A DNA stretch of 64,000 nt from Macrostomum lignano (lineage: Eukaryota). The position numbers were made by a program, and so were the translations under genes. The notes under the pieces are model-generated. The model ran no database searches, was not told where the DNA came from, and saw nothing but the letters and a program-made list of their open reading frames with translations. Shown here piece by piece: positions 40,901 to 53,756 of the stretch (its first letter is position 1; every line of letters starts with the position of its first letter). The DNA lies in assembly GCA_002269645.1 (NCBI GenBank), contig NIVC01001407.1, positions 231,109 through 295,108 on the forward strand. Reading direction: 5' to 3'.

Positions 40901-43389
40901 GTTGCTGGGCCAGCCTCCCAGATCCTCAGTTGCTGGGCCAGCCTCCCAGATCCTCAGTTACTGGGCCAGCCTCCCAGATCCTCAGCTGCTGGGCCAGCCT
41001 CTCAGATCCTCAGCTGCTGGGCCAGCCTCCCAGAGTGTCAGTTGCTGGGCCAGCCACCCAGATCCTCAGTTGCTGGGCCAGCCTCCCAGATCCCAAGTTA
41101 CTGGGCCAGCCTCCCAGATCCCAAGTTACTGGGCCAGCCTCCCAGATCCTCAGTTACTGGGCCAGCCTCCCAGATCCTCAGCTGCTGGGCCAGCCTCTCA
41201 GATCCTCAGCTGCTGGGCCAGCCTCCCAGAGTGTCAGTTGCTGGGCCACTCTCCCAGATCCTCAGTTGCTGGGTCAACCTCCCAGATCCTCAGTTGCTGG
41301 GTCAACCTCCCAGATCCCCTATGTCCAGAGTTCCCGAAGACTCACGCATTCGGCCAAAGCCGCAGTCATCCTTGGCCCGGCCACCTCGGACTCCTTGGCC
41401 TGAGCCTCCGCCAGTTGCTTGAATGTATACAGCATCATCGTCAGCTTCTTGACTCGTCGCAGCCAGGACTCCAGCCGCTGCTGTTCGTCCGCTAAATGCC
41501 GCTCGTCGCAAGCTACGGTGTCGGCTTCTTGACGCAGTAGGTTTCGAGTTCGAGCCTCCAGCTCAGGAAATCGATTCTTCAACGAAGCCAACCGTTGAGT
41601 AGCTCGGCTGAGATGCAACGCCAGCAGTTCAACCTCGGCTGAACTGGAGCGGCAGCGGTGCTGCAGGACATCCTGCCGCAGTTCGCTGGTGGTGGCATCG
41701 ACGTCGTCTAGCAGAGCAGAGACTTCGGCGCCTTCCAGACGGTAGGACTCGAGCTCAGCTTGGATTCGACTGCGCTGCTCGGAGCTGACCATTTGAACAG
41801 TTTGCTGGCCGGCATCTGCCCAGCCAGCCAGGATGCGCTGAACGTTGCTAGAGAGACTGACAAACATTCGCCGGGTCTCGCTGGTGCGAGTCTCGTGCTC
41901 GCGTCGCAGAGCGTCCTGGGCGGAGCGCAGCTGCCGGCACTCGTCGCGTAGATTTGTTAGGCGGTGCCGACGGCCGTCTAGCTGACGAGCGATGGAAGTC
42001 ACCTGGGAAGAAATTTAACAGGCTTAAAATGTTGTCAAGGTTTCAAATAAAATTTGCGGATGAATTTTGAGCAACCCAGTCGTAAATACGTCTGACTCTT
42101 GAGCCACGGCACCACGACCATCAATTCCACATTCATTTGGGGTTGTCGCGGGATTCACACCCATGATCGGTCCTCAAATCCTCAAGAAGGCACAGAGAGT
42201 GTGTCTTGGCGTGCTTGTCAGGAGTCAGTGGTATGGATTACAAGATGACTAATGAAGAAGGTACTTGCGAAGGTAAATATTTACCGCAAGTTTTACACTG
42301 ATTGCACGTGTACTGTATGCAGCACTATTCTCTCAGGAGTACATAGAGTAGTAATTAAAATTTCTTTAATATTCACCTGAGCCTCCAGACGTTCAATTCT
42401 CTGCTGACTGCCTCCTGGAGCAGCCGAGGAAGAAGCAACAGCAGCAGTTTTAGTTGAACCTGCGCCTGCCCGGCAGGTGCACTCGCAGCTGCACCCAGCC
42501 GTCGCCGAGGTGGACGCTACGCTGCACGCGCTTCCGCCGCCACTACCGCTGGACGTCGACTCCATGAGAAGCAGCGAATCTGGCGGCAGACGACGCAGTT
42601 GCGGCAGTTTCGACGCCGAATCAGCCGAAGTCAGAGTCTGCCAACAGCTGCTGGGCCAGTCGGATCGTTGGAGACGGATGCGCCATCGGCTGCCCAGAGA
42701 CTGCACAGCAACCGGCCACTGGCTGGCGAACAGGGCCCAGAGATCGGCCGGACTGGACAGCTGACGACCAACGATAGTTAACCGACGCTGCTGGCCTTCG
42801 AGCTCAAGTAGCAAGTCTCTGGGTCTTCAGTGCCGGCGCTACCGTTGACTGATTGATCGGTCAGGTTGGACCGTTGGTGCAGATGCTGGTGCTGGCGGTG
42901 CTGATGACGACGGGTTTCAAACAGCGGCGACGGTGCAACAGCGTCAATCGGTTCTGGCGGCAGCTGTTGCGGAATCACCTGCTTCCGAGCCGCAGCAGGC
43001 ATGGACGCTCGCAGACGTTTGGGACAGCCGAGTACAGTGGTTCGAATCCTGGATGGCTCCAGTTTCTGCTGCTGTTGTTGCTGTTGTTGTTGCTGTTGTT
43101 GTTGATTTTGCTGTTTGACAGTTTCAAAATCCGTTGGCTCGCCTCGATCGATGCAGTTCCAGCCGGCAACGCAGTTGTTGTCAAGCATTGACAGGCGTTG
43201 GTTAGTGCGCGACGACTGATGGTGCAATAGCAGCTGCTGGGATTGCCGATTTGCACTGTTGCTGCTGTCTGTAGTGCTGCCTTGGTGTCCACCGCCGCCA
43301 CGTCTCAACAGTGCAGTCAGGTTGCGAACACTTCTGCGCCCGAGCGTGGACCAGCGGGCAGTGGTCGAGTGCGAAGTAGTGTGCTCCAT
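37972..43389 (-). CDS. AIP3-domain coiled-coil protein (SRCIN1/p140Cap/sickle-tail-like), about 646 aa; exons 43389-42377 (apparent 1-nt deletion at ~42805), 42002-41346, 38241-37972
   Basis: Phase-0 GT-AG junctions (CAG|gtgaat..cccag|GTG; TGC|gtgagt..cccag|CTA). Family-like segments: YLELEGQQRRL...LSSPADLWALFASQWP, RIERLEAQVTSI, LRQDVLQHRC...VE, LKNRFPEL...EQQRLESWLRRVKKL..LYTFKQL, and RDLLHNIASVCPDHERRV. Confidence 0.75.
38256..39000. repeat. 12-bp minisatellite (GGCGATTGATTA)n, intronic
   Basis: Tandem array that decays toward ~39190. Confidence 0.95.
39810..40600. repeat. (GAGTGAGTGACTGAGA[GA]n) compound minisatellite, intronic
   Basis: Variable 18-24-bp units. Confidence 0.95.
40877..41316. 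repeat. 28-bp minisatellite (GCCAGCCTCCCAGATCCTCAGTTGCTGG)n, intronic
   Basis: Tandem array beginning about 30 bp inside the donor at 41345. Confidence 0.95.
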
Positions 43390-44499
43390 TTTTTGCCTAA
43401 CACAGCACTTAGCAGAGGGTGCGCGATCTCGCCCAAGCCCTTTTTAACCCAATGAAGTTTTGCCTGGTTGGTCACTGGTCAAGTCAGTTGAGTCAATCGA
43501 GAACGTGACTTGATACGTAAGAGACTTTACAGTGGGGTGCTAAATATAAAAGTCAAAAGAGGCCTGCTAGATCACGCATCAGTAGTGGAAGGAGCTTCGC
43601 GGGTTTTATATATAAAAAAGCGGCTACACTACTATGTAGCTGTATACCAAGACGCCAGGGCACAACAGTGTGTATCAGCCTCTCACTCACTTCTCTTCAC
43701 TTGCGCTCTCTCTCGACCTACCCCCGCCCCCTTAGCCAACCACCGCCACGCCTCTGGGGAATTAAGGGGGCGGGAAGGGGGTGGTGCTGGTAACAGACGA
43801 CAGACCAGAGCGGGCAGTCTGAGAGTGAGAGGCCAGGGGGGGGGGAGTTAGCTAGTGGTGATCCAGAAGACGTGACCCAATCAAGACTGCATGCGCGCAG
43901 GGAGTCAGTCGCTCTGGATTTTTGCGCCAAAGAATATCAGTAGTAGGGGAAATGTGGACTCTGCCGCAGGAATTTCCGTGGGAAAACCACGGGCCTATAG
44001 TGTGTAAACATAGCGCCTATGTAAATGCATTGGTGGACTCTGCCGCAGGGAAAGCCACGGAATTTCCATGGGGGGGGGGGTCGGAGAGCGAAATATACGG
44101 GCTTTTCATATTACCGATTCCAGAACCAGAATCGGTTCGAAGCTTTTCATATTGTCTGTTCCGTCTTCATAGTCGGTTCCAGAACCGTGATCCGATTCTG
44201 GAATTCGGTTCGAGAAATTTTCTCGATCCTTTGTCGTATTTCTATAGAAACGAAAGGACGAATTTGAAATAACATTTCAAACATTTCAAAAAGAATACTA
44301 GTTTCTAGATTTTAGATAGACATGTTTTTATCCTTTAAGAAGTAGACAAAAATAGAATAGAAAACTAGCAATCTTCGCCCCCCGTTGGGGGTCATCTGTA
44401 TAGAATCTCTGTTCTCTACCAGTAACAAAAAGATAGCCAAATAAAGCCTTCACAAAGAAAACAGACAAAATACTCAAATGAAGTGCAATGCAAAACGAA

Positions 44500-45390
44500 A
44501 TCATCCCAAGACGACAAGCATCCCCCAGATACCAAGCATCCCCCAAATAGTAAGCATCCCCCAGATAGATAGCATCCCCAAATAGCAAGCATCCCCCAGA
44601 TAGCAAGCATCCCCCAAATAGTAAGCATCCCCCAGATAGCAAGCATCCCCCAGATAGCAAGCATCCTCCAGATAGCAAGCATCCCCCAGATAGATAGCAT
44701 CCCCAAATAGCAAGCATCCACCAGACAATATGTAGCTAGTGCGACAATTTCCTTAGCATTATAGTGGCTCCTTTAAAATTCGCTTACTTTTACGTTTGAA
44801 ATTGTGCATCTTTTATGTTCGAAATGGTGGCTCTTTATTGTTTGACATGGTGGCTCTTTTATGTTTGAAATGGTGGCTCTTAAATGTTTGACATGGTTGC
44901 TCTTTAATATTCTACATGGTGGCTCTTTTATGTTCGAAAAACAACAGACATTCCCTCTAAAAGCAAAACATCCCAAGACAGCAAGCATCCCCAGAGAGCA
45001 TTCAAGCATTGATCCCCAAATAGCAAGCATCCCCCAGACTGCAAGCATCCCCCAGACTGCAAGCATCCCCCAGACTGCAAGCATCCCCCAGATAGCAAGC
45101 AACCCCAGATAGCAAGCATCCCTCAGATAGCAAGCATCCCCAGACCCCAGATAGCAGACATCCCCCAGACCCCAGATAGCAAGCATCCCCCAGATGGCAA
45201 GCATCCCCCAGATAGCAAGCATCCCCCAGATGGCAAGCATCCCCCAGATAGCAAGCATCCCCCAGATAGCAAGCATCCCCCAGATAGCAAGCACCCCAGA
45301 TAGCAAGCACCCCAGATAGCAAGCACCCCAGATAGCAAGCACCCCAGATAGCAAGCACCACCAGATAGCAAGCACCCCCAGATAGCAGGC
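44500..45390. repeat. 18-bp minisatellite (GATAGCAAGCATCCCCCA)n in two blocks
   Basis: Tandem copies at ~44500-44720 and ~44965-45390. Related copies occur at ~51890-52100. Confidence 0.9.
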
Positions 45391-48300
45391 GACATGGTGG
45401 CTTTTTACTGTTAGACATGGTGGCTCTTTAATGTTAGACATGGTGGCTCTTTAATGTTCGACATGGTGGTTCTTTAATGTTAGACATGGTGGCTCTTCTA
45501 TGTTTAATAATGTGGCTCTTTAATGTTTTACATGGTGGCTCTTTAATGTTTTACATGGTGGCTCTTTAATGTTCGACATGGTGGTCCTTTAATTTTTGAC
45601 ATGGTGGCTCTTTAATGTTCGACATGGTGGCTCTTTAATGTTCTACATGGTGGCCCTTTAATGTTCGACATGGTGGCTCTTTAATGTTCGATATGGTGGC
45701 ACTTTAATGTTTGACATCATGCCAGATTTATGTTTGACATGGTGGCTCTTTAATGTTCGACATGGTGGTTCTTTAATGTTCGACATGGTGGCTCTTTAAT
45801 GTTCTACATGGTGGCCCTTTAATGTTCGACATGGTGGCTCTTTAATGTTCGATATGGTGGCACTTTAATGTTTGACATCATGCCAGATTTATGTTTGACA
45901 TGGTGGCTCTTTAATGTTCGACATGGTGGTTCTTTAATGTTCGACATGGTGGCTCTTTAATGTTCTACATGGTGGCCCTTTAATGTTCGACATGGCGGCT
46001 CTTTACTGTTAGACATGGTGGCTCTTTAATGTTCGATATGCATGGTGGCACTTTAATGTTTGACATCATGCCAGATTTATGTTTGACATAGTGGCTCTTT
46101 AATGTTCGACATGGTGGTTCTTTTAGGTTTGACATGGTGGCTCTTTAATGTTCGACATGGTGGTTTTTTAATGTTCGACATGGTGGCTCTTTAATGTTCT
46201 ACATGGTGGCCCTTTAATGTTCGACATGGTGGCTCTTTAATGTTCGATATGGTGGCACTTTAATGTTTGACATCATGCCAGATTTATGTCTGACATGGTG
46301 GCTCTTTAATGTTTGACATGGTGGCTCTTTTCTGTTAGACATGGTGGGTCCTTTTGGTTTGACATGATGGCACTTTTATGTTTTGACATGGCGGCTCTTT
46401 AATGTTTTACATGGTGGCTCTTTAATGTACGACATAATGGCTCTTTTATGTTTAACAATGTGGCTCTTTAATGTTTTACATGGTGGCTCTTTAATGTTCG
46501 ACATGGTGGCTCTTTAATGTTCGAAATGGTGGCTCCTTAATGTTTGACATAAAGTCACATATATGTTTGACATAAAGTCACATATATGTTTGACATAAAG
46601 TCACATATATGTTTGACATAAAGTCACATATATGTTTGACATAAAGTCACATATATGTTCGACATGGTGGCTCTTTTTAACATCTGACATGGTGGCTCTT
46701 CTATGTTTAACATGGTGGCTCTTTTATGTTTGACATGGTGGCTCTTTAATGTTCTTCATGGTGGCTCTTTAATGTTCGACATGGTGGCTCTTTAATGTTC
46801 TTCATGGTGGCTCTTTTTTGTTCGACATGGTGGCTCTTTTTTGTTCGACATGGTAACTATTTTATGTTTGATACGCTGGCTTTTTAATGTCTGACATGTT
46901 GGCTCTTTTATGTTTTACATGGTGGCTCTTTAATGTTCGACAAAGTGGCTCTTTAATGTTTGACATGGTGGCTATTGTTTGACATGGTGGCTCTTTAATT
47001 TTCGAAATAGTGGCTCTTCAATGTTTGAAATGGTGGCTCTTTGATGTTCTTCATGATATAGCTCTTTTATGTTACACATGGTGGCACTTTAATGTTCGAC
47101 ATGGTGGTTCTTTAATGTTTGACATAAAGTCACATATATGTTTGACATGGTGGCTCTTAAATGTTTGACATGGTGGCTCTTTAATGTTCGAAATGGTGGC
47201 TCTTTTGTTTTACATGGTGGCTCTTAAATGTTTGACATGGTGGCTCTTAAATGTTTGACATGGTGACTCTTTAATGTTTCAAATGGTGGCTCTTTAATGT
47301 TTTACATGGTAGCTCTTTAATATTCTACATTGTGGCTCATTTATGTTTGACATGGTGGCTCTTTAATGTTCAAAAAAGTGGCTCCTAAATGTTTGACATA
47401 GTGGCTCTTTGATGTTCGAAATAGTGGCTCTTTTATGGTCGACATGGTGGCTCTTTTATGTTCGAAATGGTGGCTCTTTAATGTTCGAAATAGTGGCTCT
47501 TTTATTTTTGACATGGTGGCTCTTTTAGGTTTGACATGGTGGCTCTTTTATGCTTGATATGGTGGCTCTTTAATGTTTAGCATGGTGACTTTTAATGTTT
47601 GACATGGTGGCTCTTTAATGTTCGACATGGTGGCTCTTTAATATTCGACATGGTGGCTCTTTAATGTTCGACATGGTGGCTCTTTAATGTTTGACATGGT
47701 GGCTCTTTAATGTTTTACATGGTAGCTCTGTTATGTCCAAAATGGTGGCTCTTTAATGTTTGACATAAAGTCACATATATGTTTGACATGGTGGCTCTTA
47801 AATGTTTGACATGGTGGCTCTTTATGTTTGACATGTTGGCTCTTTTATGTTCGAAATGGTGGCTCTTTTTTGTTCTACATGGTGGCTCTTTAATGTTCGA
47901 AATGGTGGCTCTTTAATGTACGACATAATGGCTCTTTAATGTTTGACAATGTGGCTTTTGAATGTTCGAAATGGTGGCTCTTTATTGTTCGAAATAGTGG
48001 CTCTTTTATGTTCGACATGGTGGCTCTTTAATGTTCGAAATGGTGGCTCTTTAATGTACGACATAATGGCTCTTTAATGTTTGACAATGTGGCTTTTGAA
48101 TGTTTGACATGGTGGCTCTTTAATGTTTGACATGGTAGCTCTGTTATGTTCGACATGGTGGCTCTTTAATGTTTTACACGGTGGCTCTTTTATGTTTAAC
48201 ATGGTAGCTCTTTGTTATTTTACATGGCGGCTCTTTCATGTTTGACAAAGTGGCTCCTAAATGTTTGACATAGTGGCTCTTTGATGTTCGAAATAGTGGC

Positions 48301-48540
48301 TCTTTTATTTTCGACATCGTGGCTCTTTAATGTTCGAAATGGTGGCTGTTTAATGTTCGAAATGGTGGCTTTTTTATGTTTGACATAAAGTCACTTATAT
48401 GTTTTACATGGTGCCTCTTAAATATTAGACATGGTGGCTCGTTTAGGTTTGACATGGTGGCTCTTTAATATTCGATATGTTGGCTCTTTTATGTTCGACA
48501 TGGTAGCTCTTCTATGTTTGACATTGCGCTTCTTTTATGT
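45390..48540. repeat. 23-bp satellite (ACATGGTGGCTCTTTAATGTTCG)n
   Basis: ~3.1-kb imperfect tandem array. Confidence 0.95.
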
Positions 48541-48584
48541 TTAGAAGTTTTGTGTTTTTAAGGTGTTTTAATAAAAAAAATATT

Positions 48585-48655
48585 TTTTGCACTACTAAGA
48601 TTCGAACCCAGGTCGCTACAATAGCATTCCAATCTGTTCGCATCTGGGCTATCTT
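48585..48655 (-). other. tRNA-derived (SINE-head-like) segment with A/B boxes
   Basis: Minus strand reads GATAGCCCAGATG...GCGACCTGGGTTCGAATC and is followed by a T-run. Related copies occur at 51785-51852 and 53172-53236. Confidence 0.55.
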
Positions 48656-49472
48656 TTTCAATTGGAGAACATGAATTGTGGCCCTTATAATTCAATTCTT
48701 ACAGCAAGTCAATTGGAGTAAAAAGTTATGACATAATCAATTTCTCAGTCAGCCAGTATCAGTCTCAATTTAAGTTAGCAATATGGTTACGCAATTTAAA
48801 TCAAGTCGTGTGTGCATTTCTTCGGCACTGTTTTCAACTTGTTGTGATGCAATCTTTATCACAATCGGAATTCAGCCAGTCAGTTTTTTCTCTAGCATTC
48901 TTACAATGCACTTCAAGTCGAAAATTTTGCTTGACCTTTGCAAAAAAGCATGTTTTTCGAATATTTAATCCCTTTAACATTGAGCAATTTCTTAGCCAAG
49001 ATGCATGTACCGTCCCAGGAAAATTTCTGATCGAATGGTGCAAGTTTGAAGAAAATCGGTTGAGCCAATTTTTCTGAAATCTATCGCATACCCACATACC
49101 CACATACAGACAACTCATTTTTAGTATATAGGACTAGCAATCTAGCGCCCCCCTTCGGGGTGGCCAATAAGCAAGGGACGAATCCTTTAAAATGAAAAAA
49201 AATTCTTAGGGAGGGGGGCTAGGAATCGAATTCTCATTTTAATTCCAGGCTTATGTACCAATAAAACATGTTTGTGCAGAATTTTATAACAGACATTGAA
49301 ATTCAACCATACTTGCCTTCTTTCAGAGCTACTTCTACCAGTATGCTTCAGTACGCTACCAGTACCCGTGTAGCAATCCCCCCCCCCACAAGCCTTAACA
49401 TATCAACTCCCCCCCTTGACATCTCAGCGATGCTCCCATAAGCCTTGAAATCTTAAAAAATCTGTCTACTTT

Positions 49473-49518
49473 CTAACCCTAACCCTAACCCTAACCCTAA
49501 CCCTAACCCTAACCCTAA
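49473..49518. repeat. Interstitial telomeric repeat (CCCTAA)7
   Basis: Seven perfect CCCTAA units. Confidence 0.9.
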
Positions 49519-50479
49519 AGCATTGAAATTTCAGTAATTCTCTCTAAGAGTCTATAGCACTACTACAGCATTAAAGCGATTCCCTGCAAGCCTCGACATC
49601 GTAGGGATTCCCAAATGAATCTCTTAACTTCGACATGAAGCTTCTTTTTTTTACATTACGCCTTTTCTATCAGCGATCCCTCCCGTGAGGAGCCAACAAA
49701 TAATGTAATAACTTTTTTCCAATAAACTACATGTAGCTTCTGACATTAGCCTTGACATCTCATTTATTCCCCGTGAGCCTTGACATCTCAGCTATAGATA
49801 GATAGATAGATAGATTCCCCTCGTAAGCCTTGACATGTCAGCGATGCCCCCCATAAACCTTGAAATCTAAAAAATCCCCTGTTAACCTTGAAACGCGCTA
49901 AAATCTAACCCTCAACCCAAACCTGACGTAAACCTAACTTTTACCCAACCTAAAGCCTTGAAATCACAGCAATTCTTCTTCCCTAAGCCTTGGCATTTAA
50001 GTGATTCCTTCTTTAAGAATCACAGCACTATAACGATTCCCTCCAAGCTTTGACATCGTAGCAATTCCCAAATGAATCTTTTAACTTTGACATGACTTTT
50101 ATTTTATGTATACATAGTGCTCCTTTTATTTTTACATGACTCTTCTTCTATCAGCGCCCCCCCCACCGTGGCAAGCCAACAAAGAATGCAATAAAAAACT
50201 TAAGTAAAGTACATGTACTTTGAAGTAGCTTCTGACTTTTGCTTTAACATCTCAGAAACCCCCCTGTAATCTCAGTTATTCTCTGTGAGCCTTGACGTCT
50301 CAGTGATTCTCCCCAGCACAGCACTATAGCTTCATTTAATTTTTATGACACTTGTTTCATGTCTGACATGACGCTTCTTTTGATTTTTACGTTACGCTTC
50401 TTTTATTCTTCCATGATGCTTCTTAATTTTTTAAATGACACACTTTCATTAGTTTTTATATGAGGCTTCTATAATTTTT

Positions 50480-51725
50480 TCATGACGCTTCTATGTTAAC
50501 ATGACGCTTCTATGCTTGTTTACATGACGCTTTTATGATTGTTTACATGACGCTTTTATGATTGTTTACATGACGCTTCTATGATTGTTTACATGACGCT
50601 TGTATGATTGTTTACATGACGCTTCTATGATTTTTTACATGACGCTTCTATGATTTTTACATGACGCTACTATGATTTTTACATGACGCTTCTATGATTT
50701 TTTCATGACGCTTCTATGATTTTTACATGACGCTTCTATGATTTTTTACATGACGCTTCTATGATTTTTACATGACGCTTCTATGATTTTTACATGACGC
50801 TTCTATGATTGTTTACATGACGCTTCTATGATTGTTTACATGACGCTTCTATGATTCTTAAGACGGTTTTATGATTTTAACATGACGCTTCTATGATTTT
50901 TTACATGACGCTTCTATGATTGTTTACATGACGCTTGTATGATTGTTTACATGACGCTTCTATGATTTTAACATGACGCTTCTATGATTGTTTACATGAC
51001 GCTTCTATGATTTTTACATGACGCTTCTATGATTTTTACATTACGCTTCTATGATTTTTTCATGACGCTTCTATGATTTTTACATGACGCTTCTATGATT
51101 TTTACATGACGCTTCTATGATTTTTTACATGACGCTTCTATGATTGTTTACATGACGCTTCTATGATTGTTTACATGACGCTTTTATGATTGTTTACATG
51201 ACGCTTTTATGATTGTTTACATGACGCTTCTATGATTTTTACATGACGCTTCTATGATTGTTTACATGACGCTTGTATGATTGTTTACATGACGCTTCTA
51301 TGATTGTTTACATGACGCTTGTATGATTGTTTACATGACGCTTCTATGATTTTTTATGACGCTTTTATGATTTTAACATGACGCTTCTATGATTTTTTAC
51401 ATGACGCTTCTATGATTGTTTACATGACGCTTGTATGATTGTTTACATGACGCTTGTATGATTTTAACATGACGCTTCTATGATTGTTTGCATGACGCTT
51501 CTATGATTTTTTATGACGCTTTTATGATTTTAACATGACGCTTCTATGATTTTTTTACATGACGCTTCTATGATTGTTTACATGACGCTTGTATGTTTGT
51601 TTACATGACGCTTTTATGATTTTAACATGACGCTTCTATGATTGTTTACATGACGCTTCTATGATTTTTACATGACGCTTCTATGATGGTTTACATGACG
51701 CTTGTATGATTGTTTACATGACGCT
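50480..51725. repeat. 23-bp satellite (ACATGACGCTTCTATGATTGTTT)n
   Basis: Tandem array whose unit is alignable to the 45390-48540 unit. Confidence 0.95.
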
Positions 51726-52139
51726 TCCATAATTTTTTTTGTCTTGGCGTTAAAAAGCTTTAATTAAAAAAACTCTACTCTCTAAAAATTCGAACCATCG
51801 TCCCTGCATCGTCCCTGCAGTTTAGTCTGTTTACCTCTAGGCTAGCTCTCATGAATTTTAGTCATTACCCCTAAATAGAAAATATTCCCAAGACAGCAAG
51901 CATCCCCCCAGTAGCAAGCATCCCCTAATACTCCTAGCAAGCATCCACCCAGATGGCAAGCATCTGCAGATAGCAAGCATCTTGCAGATAGCAAGCATCT
52001 TGCAGATAGCAAGCATACCCCAAATAATGTAGAAGCATCCTTCCAGATAGCAAGCATCCTGCACATAGCAAGAATCCCTAAATAGCAAGCATCCCTGGAT
52101 AGAAATAATCCTATACATGTAGCCAAGCTTATCAAGCGC

Positions 52140-53100
52140 AGTAATCCTTGGCTATCGAGTGCAGTAATCCTTGGTTTATTAATAGCAATAATCCATGGCT
52201 TATCGAGTGCAGTAATTCTTGGTTTGCCAAGTGCAGTAATCCTTGGTTTATTAATAGCAATAATCCTTGGCTTATCGAGTGCAGTAATCCTTGGTTTGCC
52301 AAGTGCATAATCCTTGGTTTATTAATAGCAATAATCCTTGGCTTATCGAGTGCAGTAATCCTTGGTTTATTAATAGCAATAATCCTTGGCTTATCGAGTG
52401 CAGTAATCCTTGGTTTATTAATAGCAATAATCCATGGCTTATCGAGTGCAGTAATCCTTGGTTTGCCAAGAGCAATAGTCCTTGGTTTATTGAGTGCAGT
52501 AATCCTTGGTTTATTAATAGCAATAATCCTTGGCTTATCGAGTGCAGTAATCCTTGGTTTGCCAAGTGCATAATCCTTGGTTTATTAATAGCAATAATCC
52601 TTGGTTTATCGAGTGCAGTAATCCTTGGTTTATTAATAGCAATAATCCTTGGCTTATCGAGTGCAGTAATCCTTGGTTTGCCAAGAGCAATAGTCCTTGG
52701 TTTATTGAGTGCAGTAATCCTTGGTTTATTAATAGCAATAGTCCTTGGTTTATTGAGTGCAGTAATCCTTGGTTTATTAATAGCAATAATCCTTGGCTTA
52801 TCGAGTGCAGTAATCCTTGGTTTATTAATAGCAATAATCCTTGATTAATCAAGTGCAGTAATCCTTGGTTTGCCAAGAGCAATAGTCCTTGGTTTATTGA
52901 GTGCAGTAATCCTTGGTTTATTAATAGCAATAATCCTTGGCTTATCGAGTGCAGTAATCCTTGGTTTATTAATAGCAATAATCCTTGATTAATCAAGTGC
53001 AGTAATCCTTGGTTTGCCAAGAGCAATAGTCCTTGGTTTATTGAGTGCAGTAATCCTTGGTTTATTAATAGCAATAATCCTTAGCTTATCGAGTGCAGTA
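52140..53100. repeat. 24-bp/48-bp dimeric satellite (TAATCCTTGGTTTATTAATAGCAA + TAATCCTTGGCTTATCGAGTGCAG)n
   Basis: Alternating 24-bp variants. Confidence 0.95.
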
Positions 53101-53171
53101 ATCTAAGTGTTTTTATTTAGTCCTTTAATAAAAGCTTTTAATAAAAAATTTTACACTACTACTTTTAAACT

Positions 53172-53236
53172 ACTTAGATTCGAACCCAGGTCGCTGCATT
53201 AGCAGTCTGGTCTGCTCAGCTCTAGGCTAGCTCTCA
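53172..53236 (-). other. tRNA-derived segment, third copy
   Basis: Minus strand reads GAGCTAGCCTAGAGCTGAG...GCGACCTGGGTTCGAATC. Confidence 0.55.
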
Positions 53237-53756
53237 TCGAAGTTATCAGTGAATTTGTACCACGTATATAATTCAACACTCACACCAAGTCAGGTAGAGT
53301 AAAAAGTCACGCGAAGCAGTTATGACATAATCAATTTCTTAGGCAAGTCAGTACCAGTGTCTATGAAAGCTAACAATATGGTTACGTAATATAAATTCAG
53401 TACTGCACTATACTTTCACACTCAAAGCTGTGACGCAATTCAATTGAGTGTCAAATTCAGCCAGTACACAGACGATAAATAAAGTGTATTGTGATGCAAT
53501 CTATTTCAGAATCAGAATTCAACCAGTCAGTTTTTTCTCTAGCATTTTTACAGTGCGTTTCAAGTCGAAATAGCTGCTTGACCTTTGCAAAAAAGCATGT
53601 TTTTCGAATATTTAATCCCTTTAGCATCGAGCAATTTCTTAGCCACGATGCATGTACCGTCACGGAAAAATTTCTGATCGAATGGTGCAAGTTCGAATAA
53701 AATCGGTTGAGCCGTTTTTGCTAAAATCGATCACACACATACCAACAGACCATTTT

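Larger units (their letters stand above)
44364..49132 (+). mobile_element. Non-autonomous Helentron/Helitron2-like (HINE/DINE-type) element, copy 1, carrying internal satellites
   Basis: Starts ACTAGCAATCT..GCCCCCC..GGGG (GC hairpin). Ends AAATCGGTTGAGCC...CACATACAGACAACTCATTTTTAGTATATAGG. The ~450-bp 3' block is shared with copy 2. Confidence 0.55.
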
